32,000 bases of DNA from the NCBI GenBank assembly GCA_000025185.1, contig CP001848.1, forward strand, positions 840,001-872,000. The letters run 5' to 3'. Made by a program: the position numbers and the translations under genes. Position 1 is the first letter of the stretch. Every line of letters starts with the position of its first letter. The stretch comes from Pirellula staleyi DSM 6068. GTDB taxonomy: Bacteria; Planctomycetota; Planctomycetia; Pirellulales; Pirellulaceae. This document shows, one piece after another, positions 8,570 to 16,440 of the stretch. A model generated the notes under the pieces. That model was given only the letters and a program-made list of their open reading frames with translations, ran no database searches and was not told the origin of the DNA.

Positions 8570-9883
8570 ATGTTTGACACGTTTGGTCGCCCTACGAACG
8601 TCAGCCGACGCCGCTTCCTCGCACAAACTTCCGTTCAAGTTGGCGCGCTGGGGACCCTCTCGATTGGCAGCTTCGCGCGCGGCGAGACAGGCAAGTCTTC
8701 CGTAGCACCGAAAGCCAAGCGGGCGATGATGATTTTTCTCGCAGGTGGCGCTTCACACTTCGAGACGTTCGATCCCAAGCCCGATGCGCCGCTTGAATTT
8801 CGCGGACCGTTTAACGCCATTAGCACCAAACTCCCTGGCATTCAGTTCAGCGAGAATCTACGCGAGCTCTCGAAGCTCAACGATCAATTCTCGCTCGTCC
8901 GCAGCGTCTGTCACGAGAATAGCGGCCATGGCGGCGGCCAACGCCAAGTGCAAACGGGCTACAAGAGTGCTTCGCTCGAAGACGAATTGCCGCACGACTA
9001 TCCGGCGGTCGGGAGCGTGGTGGCGAAGATGCGCGGGCCGATGTCGCAAGGTATGCCGACGTATATGCATCTGCCCAACGGCAACGATGGCGGGGCGAAA
9101 TTCCTGGGGAATGCGTACGATGCGTTTCAGGTGTATAGCACCGGTTTGCCGGTGGGAATTCAGCTGCGAAGTTCGGTGAAGCTCGATCGACTCGAATCGC
9201 GCGTGGCACTACGCAAATCGCTCGACCGCATGGCGCGCGTGGCGAGTGAAGGTCGCGCAATGGAGAGCATGGATCAGCTGGAGCGGCAAGCGCTGGAGAT
9301 GATCACCAGCCCCTCTGCTGCCGATGCGTTCGAACTCGACAAAGAGTCCGAAGCGATGCGCATGCGCTACGGCAAGCACGAAGCGGGCCGCTGCCTGCTA
9401 CTCGCCCGCCGCTTTTTGGAAGCAGGCGCGGGAATCGTCACCGTGCGCATGGGAAGTTGGGATCACCACGGCAATGCGGGGGGAACCGTCACCAGCGGAA
9501 CGCTCGAAAACGTCCCACCACTCGACCAATCGCTCTCTGCATTTCTGACCGACATGACCGAACGTGGCATGCTCGACGATACGATCGTATGGGTCTGGGG
9601 CGAATTCGGTCGCACCCCACGGATCAACAACAGCGCCGGTCGCGACCACTGGCCGCAAGCGATGAGCGTGCTGCTGGCAGGTGGCGGCATTCAGCCCGGC
9701 CACGTGATTGGCAGCACCACCAGCAAAGGGGAACATCCGGCCGACTCCCCCTTCTCGCCCGCCGATGTGCTGGCGACGGTCTACAAACAGCTCGGCATCG
9801 ACACCAGCCACCAATTCCTCAACACCGCCGGCCGCCCCATCTCCATCCTCGCCGAAGGCAAACCGATCCGCGAGTTGCTGTAG
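8570..9883 (+). CDS. DUF1501 domain protein (sulfatase/alkaline-phosphatase-like, Tat signal)
   Basis: There is a Tat motif VSRRRFLAQTSVQVGALG. The motifs FLAGGASHFETFDPKPDAP, MGSWDHHGN and GEFGRTPRIN..GRDHWP are typical of the DUF1501 family, which is expanded in Planctomycetes. Confidence 0.85.
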   Translation: MFDTFGRPTNVSRRRFLAQTSVQVGALGTLSIGSFARGETGKSSVAPKAKRAMMIFLAGGASHFETFDPKPDAPLEFRGPFNAISTKLPGIQFSENLRELSKLNDQFSLVRSVCHENSGHGGGQRQVQTGYKSASLEDELPHDYPAVGSVVAKMRGPMSQGMPTYMHLPNGNDGGAKFLGNAYDAFQVYSTGLPVGIQLRSSVKLDRLESRVALRKSLDRMARVASEGRAMESMDQLERQALEMITSPSAADAFELDKESEAMRMRYGKHEAGRCLLLARRFLEAGAGIVTVRMGSWDHHGNAGGTVTSGTLENVPPLDQSLSAFLTDMTERGMLDDTIVWVWGEFGRTPRINNSAGRDHWPQAMSVLLAGGGIQPGHVIGSTTSKGEHPADSPFSPADVLATVYKQLGIDTSHQFLNTAGRPISILAEGKPIRELL

Positions 9884-9890
9884 GTCATGT

Positions 9891-10538
9891 ATGTCGTCGC
9901 AATCACCCACTTATTTGATACCGGAAGAATGGATCGACGACCTTGAACCCTTGCCAACTTACGAACACTTTCGCCACCCTGGTGCCGATCTCGATTCCGA
10001 GTATGCGAGGAAGAATTTTGAAGGGCTCTCTCGCACACAAGCACTCGTTAAGTTTCGCGACTGCCCGTTTACTCATCAAGAAGATTTTCTATGGATGAGT
10101 CCACCGGCATTTCTCTTTTATTTCCCGGTGATTGAGCGCTACCTGTATGAGTTCGACAAAGCTGAACCAACGGACTTCAGTCCGATGGCTTCATGTATTG
10201 CCAATGCCATCTCATCGCAGTTGAGTTATCTGCGGAAGCTACATCAGAGGGGCATTCCGCTGGTCCCGCCTGATTCAGCCGAATCGCAAGCGGCAAGGAT
10301 GACGAGCAACCATAAGAAGAAACGTAGCGACGCTAATGCAAGCCGCAAGCTAGACCTAGCCATTTTAGAAGCTCGCATGCCTCGTTCCATTGCAGAACGA
10401 TCGCAACGGTTGGCCGACCATGTGCTTAGCAATCCCACGAAATTCGCCCTCAATCGAGAGGAAGAGCAACTTCTCGCAAAACCTTGGAGCAAAGTGAAAC
10501 TCAACGCACAGAAGCTATTGAATCTACTCAATCCATAG
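9891..10538 (+). CDS. Hypothetical cytoplasmic protein (215 aa), no recognisable domain
   Basis: This is the first in-frame ATG after the DUF1501 stop, in the same frame as ORF 9708..10538, with a 7-nt gap. There is no signal peptide. An N-terminal globular part (FLWMSPPAFLFYFPVIERYL) is followed by a Lys/Arg/Glu-rich helical tail. Confidence 0.6.
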   Translation: MSSQSPTYLIPEEWIDDLEPLPTYEHFRHPGADLDSEYARKNFEGLSRTQALVKFRDCPFTHQEDFLWMSPPAFLFYFPVIERYLYEFDKAEPTDFSPMASCIANAISSQLSYLRKLHQRGIPLVPPDSAESQAARMTSNHKKKRSDANASRKLDLAILEARMPRSIAERSQRLADHVLSNPTKFALNREEEQLLAKPWSKVKLNAQKLLNLLNP

Positions 10539-10713
10539 TCGCCAAAAGATGGCTCTTCCTGACCTCGCGACGTGCGTTTAACCGCCGAAGTTTGGCTACT
10601 TGCCATTTATGCCAACAGTGAGCCTCATATTTCTTGCAGAAGATCGCTTGTTAAGTTGCACTGGCCCCACCGGTTAAGGTAGTAGCAACCAACTTTCAAG
10701 CGAAAGCCGGGCG

Positions 10714-11259
10714 ATGGACAATCCCTACAGTATTTCAGACACGCCCTTGCGTGACGATGGCAAAAGAGGGCGGCGCTATCCACCCTGGTACAGCGTTGTA
10801 GCTTTGCTGCTGCTCATGATGGCATCTATACCGATCCTGGTATCTCTACGCTATCAATCGCGACCACCAGTCGTTCGCTTTACGATTCCCAATGGGTTTC
10901 GTGGTCCGTTCGTCGTTCGTGAAACCGAGGGCGGTATCCCTCCCAAACAAACCTCCAATCATCAGTATAGAATCGAAGTTCCACCGTCTGGAATTGCCGT
11001 GATAGGGAAGTGTCGCCTCTTTTTCCAGTGGCACACACTGGTTCCTGTTTACGCCAGCGGCGTCTCGTTACCCTACGCGTTGTCGCTTGATCCACCAGAA
11101 GATCGAACAACCGTTGCTCTATGGGGTCTTCACACCTCCGGCAATAAAGATCACTGGTACTTCGTAGGCACTCGGTCCGAAGTTGTCGACATGTATACCT
11201 CCGACCTCTCTGTCGAGGACGGAGCAATCGTCGTCTACAATCCCTACAAGTCCCCGTAG
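10714..11259 (+). CDS. Hypothetical single-pass membrane-anchored protein (181 aa)
   Basis: A short basic N-terminus is followed by a TM helix (WYSVVALLLLMMASIPILVSL) and a ~130-aa extracytoplasmic domain. The stop codon lies inside the left arm of the inverted repeat described below. Confidence 0.6.
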   Translation: MDNPYSISDTPLRDDGKRGRRYPPWYSVVALLLLMMASIPILVSLRYQSRPPVVRFTIPNGFRGPFVVRETEGGIPPKQTSNHQYRIEVPPSGIAVIGKCRLFFQWHTLVPVYASGVSLPYALSLDPPEDRTTVALWGLHTSGNKDHWYFVGTRSEVVDMYTSDLSVEDGAIVVYNPYKSP

Positions 11260-11282
11260 GTCGGTTACTCTCATAACCGACA
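11252..11282 (+). repeat. Left arm of the REP/MITE-like inverted repeat (stem-loop GTCGGTTA/TAACCGAC directly after TAG)
   Basis: CCCCGTAGGTCGGTTACTCTCATAACCGACA. It is 27/31 identical to the reverse complement of 11377-11407. Confidence 0.7.
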
Positions 11283-11376
11283 AACAATCCAGCCTCGATT
11301 CTCTTGCGCTCACGACGTGCTTTGCTTTGTTAGCGAGCCAATCGAGCAGTGGGCTAAAATGGTGCGTCTAGAAGCG

Positions 11377-11407
11377 TGTCGGCTACGGGAGTAGCCGACC
11401 TACGGGG
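11377..11407 (-). repeat. Right arm of the REP/MITE-like inverted repeat (stem-loop GTCGGCTAC/GTAGCCGAC directly after TAG)
   Basis: The reverse complement reads CCCCGTAGGTCGGCTACTCCCGTAGCCGACA. An extra tandem copy of CCCCGTAGGT lies at 11412-11421 (reverse complement). Confidence 0.7.
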
Positions 11408-12530
11408 CAAAACCTACGGGGGGGGCGATTGGCTTTTGGGATGCTCGTTTTTTGCGGCGGCGCTGTCGCCAGAGCAAGGTGCCTGTTACTCCCAGGAGCC
11501 ATGGGCTGAGCGAAACGAAAATGTAGAAGATGCGCAGCGGAAGCCCACCGATGGTTCCGTAGTGGAGTGGCAACACCCACATCATGACGGTGTCGGCGCG
11601 GGAGCGAGTCGAGGGATCTTCGGTATGTTCAATCGCCCCGGAGTACGGATTGATGACGAGTCGCACTTCGGTCAGACGCGTTTCCATCTGCTCAGGCATA
11701 TTCAGAAAGACACGATAAGGATCTTCGGGTTTGGCGGGAACGTAGAGTCGATAGAGCTCGTGGCCGGGATAGTTCTCCATCGCTAACTCGACGGCAGCAT
11801 TGGGGCTGATCGTTGGGCCGGTTTGCTGCGTCACCTTCATGGGGCGCGTTTCACTCGGTTTCGACCACGTGATCAGGCCGACAATCGCTTCAGCCTGCGG
11901 CCAAAACACCATCGCTGCACCGGTGGCCCCGATCACGAGCAGAAAGCAGGAAACGTAGAACCCGGCCACACGGTGGAGGTCGAAGTTGGTCCGCTTCCAA
12001 CCGGTCGACCAGTTCACGAGCAGGTAGCTCCAATTGAGCGCCCCTACCGGCCACCACAGCACGATGCCACTGATCGAAAGCAAGCAGACGGCAATCGCCG
12101 AAAGCCCGGTAATCCAGTAGCCCACCTTTCCTGCCATGAGATTCACATGCAAATGCAGCACGATGCTGTGCAGGCCGCTGGTGGCCCGCGAAACTTCGAG
12201 CGCTCGCCCTGTGTAGGGATCAAGCACGATCTTATTGCCGAGTTTCGTGGTCGCGGTTACCACCCCTGTTTTGTCGGGAGGAAACACGATGCGTGTCGGA
12301 ACGTCACCCTCGGGCAAGGCGCGCTGCATCGACGTGACGATGGCGTCATAGCTCAGCCTCTCGCCCCCAACGGCCACTTGGTGGCTGATTCCCGAACCGA
12401 CTTCGCTCAGCCAGGTTGGAAAGACCAAGAGTGCGCCAGTGGCTCCGAGTACCAAGAGTGGTAGCGAGGCCAAAACAGCCAGCAGCCAATGCACTTTGCG
12501 GAACCACGACTTGAGTTGCGGTGATTTCAT
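11400..12530 (-). CDS. PepSY-associated TM helix protein (PiuB-like iron-regulated membrane protein family)
   Basis: The 376-aa protein has N-terminal, central and C-terminal TM helices. Its motifs (KVHWLLAVLASLPLLVLGATG, WKRTNFDLHRVAGFY, LPLHYG) and basic C-terminal tail are typical of PepSY_TM proteins. Confidence 0.8.
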   Translation of the reverse strand: MKSPQLKSWFRKVHWLLAVLASLPLLVLGATGALLVFPTWLSEVGSGISHQVAVGGERLSYDAIVTSMQRALPEGDVPTRIVFPPDKTGVVTATTKLGNKIVLDPYTGRALEVSRATSGLHSIVLHLHVNLMAGKVGYWITGLSAIAVCLLSISGIVLWWPVGALNWSYLLVNWSTGWKRTNFDLHRVAGFYVSCFLLVIGATGAAMVFWPQAEAIVGLITWSKPSETRPMKVTQQTGPTISPNAAVELAMENYPGHELYRLYVPAKPEDPYRVFLNMPEQMETRLTEVRLVINPYSGAIEHTEDPSTRSRADTVMMWVLPLHYGTIGGLPLRIFYIFVSLSPWLLGVTGTLLWRQRRRKKRASQKPIAPPVGFAP

Positions 12531-12539
12531 GCTTCAATT

Positions 12540-12558
12540 CATCTGTATTATCATTTGA
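12540..12558 (-). promoter_or_regulatory. Fur-box-like AT-rich site just upstream of the PepSY_TM gene
   Basis: The top strand CATCTGTATTATCATTTGA matches the 19-bp Fur consensus (read as GATAATGATTATCATTATC) at 11/19 positions, including a contiguous ATTATCATT core. It sits inside the inverted repeat CTTCAA...TTGAAG (12532-12560). Confidence 0.25.
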
Positions 12559-12613
12559 AGCGCGAAGGCTTTAGGAAAGAAAGCCACCAGCGGGTGTGGG
12601 TTTGATGAAGGTC

Positions 12614-13093
12614 TTAGCGAAGATCAAAAGGAGGCAACTGATTTTCGCCTTCTGTGATCGTGACCGTCAGATTGGAAGTGGCTGGATTGAGATAGCGACC
12701 TCGAAAGCGATCGGGGCGCTCTCCCATGAACATGTTCTCGCGTTCTTCCGGCGTGCGAGGCTGATAACTGGTGTCGGGCCATTTCAGCGACACTCGGTAG
12801 GTTCCGACGGGGGCACCATCGTTGAGTACATAGGAGGTCAGCTGAAAGGCCCCCGAGGCATCCGTCGTTCCGTGCGGATAGATGGCTGCTGGATCATTAG
12901 CCCCGGAGGGATGCAGCGTCACCACGACCCCTGCTGCTCCTTGGCCCAGGTAGGTGACTGTACCTTGGGTCGGAAATACCGGCTTATTTCCCGCGCTGCT
13001 GGAATCGCCGCAGCCAGTATAAGTTGCGACAGCGACGAGCGCAACCACCGCCGATCTCGCGACCCAGTCCCACCACCGACAGCAACGCGGCAT
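12614..13093 (-). CDS. Small lipoprotein with a carboxypeptidase-regulatory-like (Ig-like) domain
   Basis: The ORF is 12614..13144. The Met at 13093 gives MPRCCRWWDWVARSAVVALVAVATYTGC, a lipobox-like signal. The mature part, GTVTYLGQGAAGVVVTLHP...TTDASGAFQLTSY, is characteristic of this fold. Such lipoproteins commonly follow DUF1559 genes in Planctomycetes. Confidence 0.7.
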   Translation of the reverse strand: MPRCCRWWDWVARSAVVALVAVATYTGCGDSSSAGNKPVFPTQGTVTYLGQGAAGVVVTLHPSGANDPAAIYPHGTTDASGAFQLTSYVLNDGAPVGTYRVSLKWPDTSYQPRTPEERENMFMGERPDRFRGRYLNPATSNLTVTITEGENQLPPFDLR

Positions 13094-13160
13094 GCTCGCA
13101 CCTTCGACCCGACTGAACTCGCTAGAAACGGGATGACCGCGCATTTAAACGGCAATTAAC

Positions 13161-14069
13161 TTAAGGGGCCGTGACAACTTCACCACCATTGTGCGATCCG
13201 AGTGCACGAAAAGTAGTGGCATCGATCGTTTGGTTAATCAGTTTGACGGACCCATCCGCAAAACCAAACATGGCTCCACCAGGATGGAAGCTGTAAGGCT
13301 GAAACTCATTGCTACAGTTCATCACACAGGGGCCGGGACGGGTGAGTCCATCGGCGCTGTAAGTATTAAGGGCCATTCCATTGTTGCCTGCCCAAGGTGC
13401 ATACCACAGGAAATCAGTGGGTATGGTCGGCTGAATCTTTCCCTTAATGATGAAGTTTGGCTTGCCACACATCTCCATAAACCAAAAAGTATTGCTGGTT
13501 CCATCCGTGATAGCGGCGAAATTAGGATCAGTGGCCCCTAAAATCCCGGTTACTGCGGCGCCGGCGGCATCACGAAGATTGCGCACTGCGTAGTAATCGG
13601 TCACGGAGCCCTTGCCGTCCGTCGTCTGAACGGTTCCAAAAATATTTTGGATCGTGACGGTTCGAAATCCACCAGGCGAGGATGGACAAACATAGAACTT
13701 GACGTGGGTTTGAATGGCGGGCTGATTGTCTGGGTGATCAAAGCCCTTGGCATAGTCGTAGCGCGACTCGAGATTACCCTGTTCGGCATAGGGCATGATG
13801 AGGGTCAACACACCATTGACCGTCGAAGTGCCGTTAGGTGACGTAACCATAATACGTCCAGGTGGCAACTTAGTGAGCGTGTCGTGATAGTTGTGGATGG
13901 CAATTCCAACCTGCCGCAGGTTATTACTGCACGACATGCGACGAGCCGCTTCACGCGCAGCTTGTACTGCAGGAAGCAACAGGGCCACCAGCACGCCAAT
14001 AATGGCAATGACCACGAGCAACTCAACCAAAGTGAAACCAGAGCGCGGCGTTTTCACAGCAGTCCCCAT
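13161..14069 (-). CDS. DUF1559 protein with a prepilin-type N-terminal cleavage/methylation domain (H-X9-DG family)
   Basis: The ORF is 13161..14147 and I prefer the Met at 14069. The N-terminus is pilin-like ([36 protein letters not shown]). The C-terminal [15 protein letters not shown] is the H-X9-DG signature. Confidence 0.85.
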   Translation of the reverse strand: MGTAVKTPRSGFTLVELLVVIAIIGVLVALLLPAVQAAREAARRMSCSNNLRQVGIAIHNYHDTLTKLPPGRIMVTSPNGTSTVNGVLTLIMPYAEQGNLESRYDYAKGFDHPDNQPAIQTHVKFYVCPSSPGGFRTVTIQNIFGTVQTTDGKGSVTDYYAVRNLRDAAGAAVTGILGATDPNFAAITDGTSNTFWFMEMCGKPNFIIKGKIQPTIPTDFLWYAPWAGNNGMALNTYSADGLTRPGPCVMNCSNEFQPYSFHPGGAMFGFADGSVKLINQTIDATTFRALGSHNGGEVVTAP

Positions 14070-14396
14070 CCCGACAGCAGAAGTTCTAGACCCCAAAACA
14101 CAACACCACTCCGGGCGCAACGTAGGCGCGGGTCGAACAGCAACCATGAGGCTGGCGGATGGGCTGGCAGGTGGCAGGTCGAACGCAGGTGGGTGGTTTG
14201 AAACAGATCTCCCGGGCCGAGTGGCTGAAATCAGACAGCCAGGCGATAATGAGAACCTGTCTCAACTAACTCGCAGTTTAACTACGGCGTCTACGCAGTC
14301 AAGTGGGAGAGAGGCGTCGCCCGCAGCTTCTATCCGAACCCAAGGGTGCAACGCGAGCGATATGGGGGAAGGTTCGAGCTGCGAAGTTGCCGGGGT

Positions 14397-14780
14397 TTAC
14401 TGCTTGGCGAGTTTCTTTTGGTAGCTGGCCACGAGCATAGGCTGGAGGCGGGCGAACGATTCGGCGGAGGGGTTGAGGATGCAGATGTAGTGCATCATGC
14501 CGTATTCAGGGTGGGGCATAATGGTGTCGAGGGCAGTGAAGTCGCGCGGCTCCTCTTGAAAGCCGAGCGAGCGGAAATCGTCTTTCGTGAGGCTGATGTT
14601 GAGTCGAAAGACCCCTTCGCGATCGAGGTTTGAATAGCTGTCGTGCGCGCTAGTGGTGAGAATGGTGGCGAGCGGGAGCCGTTGGTCGTCGCCGACAAAG
14701 AAGAAGCTCGTCCCCTCTTGGTCGAGGCGCGAGATGTTGCCGAGGCTCAGGATGAAGGCAGCGATTTGGTCGGGTGTCAT
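14397..14780 (-). CDS. DUF6194-like small cytoplasmic protein
   Basis: The 127-aa protein shows the pattern TSFFFVGDD..LPLATILT...SNLDREGVFRLNISL...DFTALDTIMPHPEYG...ILNP. This matches my recollection of DUF6194 family proteins. Confidence 0.65.
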   Translation of the reverse strand: MTPDQIAAFILSLGNISRLDQEGTSFFFVGDDQRLPLATILTTSAHDSYSNLDREGVFRLNISLTKDDFRSLGFQEEPRDFTALDTIMPHPEYGMMHYICILNPSAESFARLQPMLVASYQKKLAKQ

Positions 14781-14851
14781 GCAGCGAGTTTAGTGGGATT
14801 GTGGGGCGAGGGCCAGCGATAAAGCAAGTTTAGGGTCGCGCAGAAGTTCAG

Positions 14852-15049
14852 CATGCTCCTCCTGCTTCGCTGGTAGGAGCATGGCACCCCGCCGTAATAG
14901 AAGGAACACTCGCCTGCAAGCGACGTGAAAACCCAGCCATCATGGCAGAGCCTACTCCCGTCAGGTTCCCTATGGGCACCTGACCTACCAAGGGGAGGCA
15001 GGCAGATGTCCGGTGGAACCGGACCTACGAAGAGCAGTGCCACCCGAAG
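14852..15049. other. Hairpin-rich spacer after lpxB; candidate structured RNA or repeat cluster (strand undetermined)
   Basis: There is a 9-bp stem at 14852-14860/14875-14883. There are 7-bp stems at 14960-14966/14978-14984 and 15008-15014/15018-15024. The module ACCTGACCTACCAAG (14978-14992) is duplicated as ACCGGACCTACGAAG (15018-15032). A shared 17-mer lies at 15033-15049. Confidence 0.3.
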
Positions 15050-15094
15050 CCAGGAGTTACACCCAAGCTGGTGTTAGCTGAACCGAAATGCTTG

Positions 15095-16309
15095 TTAGGC
15101 GGCGCGGGAGTGGGATTGAGGGGTGATGCCGAGGACGTGCTGGGCAATGTAGTCGGCGGCGCGGCGCGAGGCGCCGGTTTGACTGACGCGTGAGCGAAGT
15201 TCGGCCAGGTCGTCGATTCGCTGTTGGCGGAGCGGTTCGTCGGTCAGCCACTCGATCACATGCTCGGCGACTTCAGGCGATTTATCGCGCCAGGTGGGAT
15301 ACTCGGGGAGGAGCACGTGCGCGTCGAGGGGATGATGGCGGTCGTAGGCCGAATTGGTTCCCGCCGTGATGTCGGGGGCTGTTAGCAGATTCACCAGCGT
15401 CATGTAGCGAATCGCTTGCAGCATCCGGACCATGCGTGAGAAGAGCCAACTCACCTTGTAGACCATCACACTCGGCTGAGCGTGATACAAGAGCTCGAGC
15501 GACACCGATCCCGAAACCGCAATGGTGGCGGTCGCGGCGTGGATGAGCTCGGGAGTGCGATTGACGTAGACGGGGAAAGTAAGACCTGCAGCAGCGACTT
15601 TTTCACGCGCGACAGCAGCCTGCTTGTCGTTGTAGCTGGCAATCGCGAACTGAATGTTCGGCACTTTGCTCGCCACGATCTTCGCCGCGCGGAGCTGCAT
15701 ATCGAGGTTGTTTTTCACCTCCTGCATCCGGCTCCCGGGGAGGATCGAAACGAGCCTCTTTTGGCTTAAATCGAGCGACTCGACGAACGTGTGATCGAGC
15801 GAGCGTGAGGCGAGTTCGTCGTAGTAGGGATGGCCGACGTAGGTGGCCTCGACCCCCCGATCGCGAAACCATTTTTCTTCGAACGGCAGTTTGCAGAGGG
15901 CATGGTCGACGAGCGTTTGCACCTTCTTCACGCGCCAGGTGGCCCAGGCCCAAACTTGCGGCAGTCCATAGTAGACCACAGGGATGTTCAGTTTTTTGGC
16001 AGCGCGGGCGACGTGCCAGTTGAAACCGGGATAGTCGATCAGCACCACGCAGTCGGGCTTCTCGGTTTCGAGATGCTTGACGACGCGAGCCAGCAGCGCG
16101 CGGAACTCGGGATATTTTTTCAGAACCGGCAGGAGCCCCATCACGGCGAGGTCGGACATGTCGCGCAAGAGCTCGCAACCAGCGGCTTGCATGCGGGGTC
16201 CGCCGAGACCTTCCGCGCGCAGCGCAGGGGCAAGCTGGCGGAGGTGGTTGATCAGATTACTTCCGTGCAGATCGCCGCTCGGCTCACCGACCGAAAAGAA
16301 AACTCGCAT
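15095..16309 (-). CDS. lpxB: Lipid-A-disaccharide synthase
   Basis: The ORF is 15095..16405. The Met at 16309 gives the canonical LpxB N-terminus MRVFFSVGEPSGDLHGSNLI, followed by DYPGFNWHVARAAKK, the ILPGSR motif and AVSGSVSLELL. Confidence 0.9.
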   Translation of the reverse strand: MRVFFSVGEPSGDLHGSNLINHLRQLAPALRAEGLGGPRMQAAGCELLRDMSDLAVMGLLPVLKKYPEFRALLARVVKHLETEKPDCVVLIDYPGFNWHVARAAKKLNIPVVYYGLPQVWAWATWRVKKVQTLVDHALCKLPFEEKWFRDRGVEATYVGHPYYDELASRSLDHTFVESLDLSQKRLVSILPGSRMQEVKNNLDMQLRAAKIVASKVPNIQFAIASYNDKQAAVAREKVAAAGLTFPVYVNRTPELIHAATATIAVSGSVSLELLYHAQPSVMVYKVSWLFSRMVRMLQAIRYMTLVNLLTAPDITAGTNSAYDRHHPLDAHVLLPEYPTWRDKSPEVAEHVIEWLTDEPLRQQRIDDLAELRSRVSQTGASRRAADYIAQHVLGITPQSHSRAA

Positions 16310-16440
16310 CGCCGATCCTTGGCTGGGAGAACACTCGCGCGCTCGTTGCGCGATAAACCACTGACATTTGCACCTGGAAGTATCGCCGATAGCTGTCGTT
16401 TTCACCTAGAGCAATCAGCAGCGGGGCAGAGAGCTGCTAG

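Noticed and set aside
11823-12464. 213-aa + ORF antisense to the PepSY_TM gene
   Set aside because: The minus frame encodes a coherent polytopic membrane protein, and the + frame is Arg/Gly/His/Pro-rich noise.
14777-15043. 88-aa minus-strand ORF whose TGA overlaps the ATG of the DUF6194-like gene (ATGA junction)
   Set aside because: It starts with GTG and uses five AGG plus AGT, CTA and GTA codons, which the real genes here avoid. It runs straight through the hairpin modules, so the overlap looks coincidental.
15030-15050. Sigma-54 promoter (TGGCAC) within the shared 17-mer on the minus strand, also at 25524-25540
   Set aside because: The GG-N10-GC spacing fails. The -12 position reads CG in the first copy and TT in the second instead of GC.
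14881-15060. Cobalamin, TPP, yybP-ykoY or SRP RNA reading of the lpxB-downstream spacer
   Set aside because: There are only short partial matches (GCCAGGAG, GGGAGTAGG, GGTCAGGT, AGGCAGATG). The conserved elements are missing or in the wrong order, and no suitable downstream gene exists for a riboswitch on the + strand.
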